From contig NZ_LN831039.1 of assembly GCF_001457595.1 (NCBI RefSeq), positions 3,600,001-3,632,000 of the forward strand: 32,000 nucleotides of DNA, given 5' to 3'. Source of the DNA: Mycolicibacterium smegmatis (GTDB lineage Bacteria; Actinomycetota; Actinomycetes; Mycobacteriales; Mycobacteriaceae). Positions 29,354-32,000 of the stretch are shown here, one piece after another. A program made the position numbers and the translations under genes. Every line of letters starts with the position of its first letter. Positions within the stretch are counted from its first letter, which is position 1. The notes under the pieces were generated by a model. It was given only the letters and a program-made list of their open reading frames with translations. It was not told where the DNA came from and ran no database searches.

Positions 29354-29977
29354 TTGGTCATCCATCCAGCGCCTACACCAATTCCGCCGCGCACGGGTGG
29401 GAGGCACCGCAAGCCACCGGAGCGCCGCTGGGTGCCCATCGGGATAGGCCTGGCCGCCACCGCGGTGATCAGCTCACTGCTCACCGCGTTCGTCGTGTTC
29501 ACGACCCTCACCACCAAGCTCTCCAAGCGTGATTCGGTGTACGCGGTGGGTGTGCGAATGCTGCCCGACGACCCGCGCTCGCCCGGGCAACGGCCGCATG
29601 CGAGCCGCGCGGCGGTCCGGATGGTCAACCCGTACGCGTTCGACCAGGCAGGTTTCGTCGATTCTGACGCCCGCTGCCGGGACACCCAGACGGCGCGCGC
29701 GATCGGGCGCACCGCGGGATCGCTGGTGGTGATCTGCCTGGACCGCAGCGGGCATTTCGAGTACCACGGGGTCCGGTTGACCGACAAGGCCACGCTGGCC
29801 GCACGCGCCGAGAAGACGCCGCAGCGGATGTTCCTGGCCCGCAACCACGGCGTCGACTACGCCGTGTCTCCCACCGAACTGCTCGTCACCTCCGGTGGCG
29901 CGGTGGTCAAGCGCGAGCCGATGGTCGAGTACCGCGAGATCCTTTCGTCGTCGCCGGTGTTGGTCGCGCCGCGCTGA
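29354..29977 (+). CDS. Single-pass membrane/exported hypothetical protein
   Basis: MVIHPAPTPIPPRTGG...WVPIGIGLAATAVISSLLTAFVVFTTLTTKLSKRDSVYAVGVRMLPDD; TTG start with GGGAG upstream; ORF track begins at 29315. Confidence 0.6.
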   Translation: MVIHPAPTPIPPRTGGRHRKPPERRWVPIGIGLAATAVISSLLTAFVVFTTLTTKLSKRDSVYAVGVRMLPDDPRSPGQRPHASRAAVRMVNPYAFDQAGFVDSDARCRDTQTARAIGRTAGSLVVICLDRSGHFEYHGVRLTDKATLAARAEKTPQRMFLARNHGVDYAVSPTELLVTSGGAVVKREPMVEYREILSSSPVLVAPR

Positions 29978-30068
29978 GACAACAATCGGTGGTTGCCCGG
30001 CGGGCTCGGGCGGGCACCGTTAGGCTTTGCGGTCACCAGCGGTCTGACGGAGGGCTTGCACGGAGGTC

Positions 30069-30320
30069 ATGTCGGTTTTCTGGCGGTATGTCCGCATCCA
30101 GCTGATGGTGTTCGTGGTCGGCATCGTCGGACCCATCTTTCTGCTCGTTTACTTTGCTGCGCAACCAGATCCGACGATCAAGTGGATGTACTACACCGGC
30201 CTGCTGCTGACCGCCGGTGAGATACTGATCGCGCTGAATGTCACCGAGGCCATCAGCCGCCACCACCCGAGCACAGACGCCACGAAAGGTGACACGCATG
30301 AACTCCCGCTCCGCGATTGA
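30069..30320 (+). CDS. Small two-helix membrane protein
   Basis: MSVFWRYVRIQLMVFVVGIVGPIFLLVYFAAQPDPTIKWMYYTGLLLTAGEILIALNVTEAISRHHPS; ACGGAGG SD-like sequence upstream; overlaps amidase start by 23 nt. Confidence 0.7.
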   Translation: MSVFWRYVRIQLMVFVVGIVGPIFLLVYFAAQPDPTIKWMYYTGLLLTAGEILIALNVTEAISRHHPSTDATKGDTHELPLRD

Positions 30321-31770
30321 GCTCGCCGACGTCGACGCGATCGGCCAGGCCGAGTTGCTCGCGGCAGGCGACCTCACCGCTGCCGAACTGCTCGAGGCGG
30401 CGATTGTGCGAGTTGAGGCGACACGCCACCTCAACGCGGTGATCACGGATCTGTTCGAGCGCGGCCGCGCCCAGGCGGGCGCCCTCGACGCGTCGGGTGT
30501 GCTGCGCAAAGGTGAGGCCGGCCCGCTCGCGGGTGTGCCGTTCCTGCTCAAGGACCTCGGCGCCGCACTGGCCGGCGCACCGGAGGCCATGGGGTCGGTC
30601 GCCTTACGCGACCATGTGGCAACCGATTCGGCGTGGACGGTACAGCGGTACCTCGACGCCGGGCTTGTCGTGTTCGGCAAGACCAACACCCCGGAGTGGG
30701 GTAACCACTGCACGACCGAGCCGGTGTTGTTCGGTCCCACGGTGAATCCCTGGGGTTCGGATGTCACGCCCGGTGGCTCCAGCGGCGGGTCGGCGGCGGC
30801 CGTGGCGGCAGGTGTGGTGCCCGCCGCGTCCGGCGGGGACGGGACGGGGTCGATCCGGGTGCCCGCATCGTGTTGCGGCCTCGTGGGACTCAAGCCGCGG
30901 CGCGGCCGGTCGTCGTTCGCACCCGACGGCGGGCACGGTCTTGAGGGGCTGGTGAACAGCCACGCACTGACCCGCACCGTGCGTGACTGCGCCGCCCTGC
31001 TCGACGTCATCGCGGGCAGCGTCAGCGGTGATCCCTACGCCGCGCCCGCCGCGGAAACCCCGTTCCTGCAGTCACTCACACCCCCGCCGCCCCTTCGTGT
31101 GTTGATGTCGACCGGGTCGCCCTTCCCGAACGACGGAGTCGATCCGCAGGTCGTCGCCGCGGTGGAGGCGACCGGCCGGATCCTGGAGTCGCTGGGGCAC
31201 CACGTGACGCCGGGTCCCGGACCGGTCATCGACCCGGACGCCGTCGCCGACGCGATCGCGGTGCTGCACAACGTCAGCAACGCCCAACTGCACGCGTTCG
31301 CCGCATCGCACCTCGGCCGCGAACCACGTGAGGACGAGTTCGAGCCGAGCACCTGGGTGATGATCCGCGAAGGGTTCACGACCACGGGTGTGGCGTACGC
31401 CGAGGCCATATCCACCGTGCACGCCCAGACCCGCCGGTTCGCCGCGGGCATGTCCGGTCACGACGTGTTGCTGGTGCCCACGCTGCTCACCACGACGCCG
31501 CCGTATGCGTTGCTGAACCAGCCCCGCGGTACCACGCGCGCGTTCTTCGATGTCGAGTTCGCCACCACGGGGTGGACGTCGCTCGCGAATGTCACGGGCT
31601 GGGCGGCGATTTCGCTGCCGCTCGGGGTGAGCGGCGACGGGCTGCCGGTCGGGGTGCAGCTCATGGCGCCCGACGAGGCGGTGCTGCTGGGCCTGGCGGC
31701 CGCGATCGAGGAGGCCGCACCGTGGGCCGACCGCAAGCCGGCCGGATGGGTGAGGACCGACGGGGCGTAA
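30298..31770 (+). CDS. Amidase signature family protein
   Basis: PFLLKDLGAAL and GGSSGGSAAAVAAGVVPAASGGDGTGSIRVPASCCGLVGLKPRRGR; 490 aa from ATG 30298. Confidence 0.93.
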   Translation: MNSRSAIELADVDAIGQAELLAAGDLTAAELLEAAIVRVEATRHLNAVITDLFERGRAQAGALDASGVLRKGEAGPLAGVPFLLKDLGAALAGAPEAMGSVALRDHVATDSAWTVQRYLDAGLVVFGKTNTPEWGNHCTTEPVLFGPTVNPWGSDVTPGGSSGGSAAAVAAGVVPAASGGDGTGSIRVPASCCGLVGLKPRRGRSSFAPDGGHGLEGLVNSHALTRTVRDCAALLDVIAGSVSGDPYAAPAAETPFLQSLTPPPPLRVLMSTGSPFPNDGVDPQVVAAVEATGRILESLGHHVTPGPGPVIDPDAVADAIAVLHNVSNAQLHAFAASHLGREPREDEFEPSTWVMIREGFTTTGVAYAEAISTVHAQTRRFAAGMSGHDVLLVPTLLTTTPPYALLNQPRGTTRAFFDVEFATTGWTSLANVTGWAAISLPLGVSGDGLPVGVQLMAPDEAVLLGLAAAIEEAAPWADRKPAGWVRTDGA

Positions 31771-31792
31771 CACCTGACCGTAGGGTCGAGAC

Positions 31793-32000
31793 ATGTCGCG
31801 CCGCACTGCAGGACTGGATGTCGCCGTCTCCCACGCCAAGGCGTTTCTCGCTCAACTCGACGACCGGCCGGTCGCGGCGCGTGGCGACGCCTCGGCCGTA
31901 CGGCAGCTGCTCGGCGCACCCCTGCCCGAAACCGGTGAGGATCCGGCAGCGGTGATCGAGGGGCTGGCCGTCGGTGCCGAACCGGGGCTGGTGGCCGGCG
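31793..32000 (+). CDS. Start of a CDS truncated by window end, possibly a PLP-dependent decarboxylase-like protein
   Basis: Open frame MSRRTAGLDVAVSHAKAFLAQLDDRPVAARGDASAVRQLLGAPLPETGEDPAAVIEGLAVGAEPGLVAGG; N-terminal sequence only. Confidence 0.55.
   Translation, partial: MSRRTAGLDVAVSHAKAFLAQLDDRPVAARGDASAVRQLLGAPLPETGEDPAAVIEGLAVGAEPGLVAG

Overview
This is a high-GC actinobacterial chromosome segment. The MmpS/MmpL pair, DUF732 protein, RipD-like protein and Tpx suggest a fast-growing Mycobacterium/Mycolicibacterium, probably close to M. smegmatis (species is inference). The content is ordinary chromosome: no rRNA or tRNA, CRISPR array, transposase or prophage was seen. Main blocks: (1) a tightly packed + strand cluster of a GTP-cyclohydrolase-II-like protein, a DUF1688 protein and uracil phosphoribosyltransferase, matching the URC uracil catabolic pathway; (2) a membrane protein, an M48 metallopeptidase and a RipD-like NlpC/P60 protein without its catalytic Cys/His; (3) tenA and tpx, convergent, with a long hairpin and a 26-bp tandem duplication of the tpx 3' end between them; (4) an enolase-superfamily (MenC-like) protein that appears to lack all catalytic lysines; (5) an apparent operon of HD protein, catalase, SigH-like ECF sigma factor and cupin, divergent from a GlxA-type regulator; (6) secreted/envelope genes and an mmpS-mmpL pair preceded by a possible 27-aa leader ORF; (7) an ArsR-SRPBCC fusion, an active-looking NlpC/P60 hydrolase, yaaA, a structured intergenic region near 29.2 kb, an amidase and the start of a further CDS. 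No clearly new defence or mobile system was found. The best leads are the degenerate enzymes, the sigma/catalase operon, the mmpS leader ORF, the tpx-tail repeats and the nested inverted repeat at 29190-29233.
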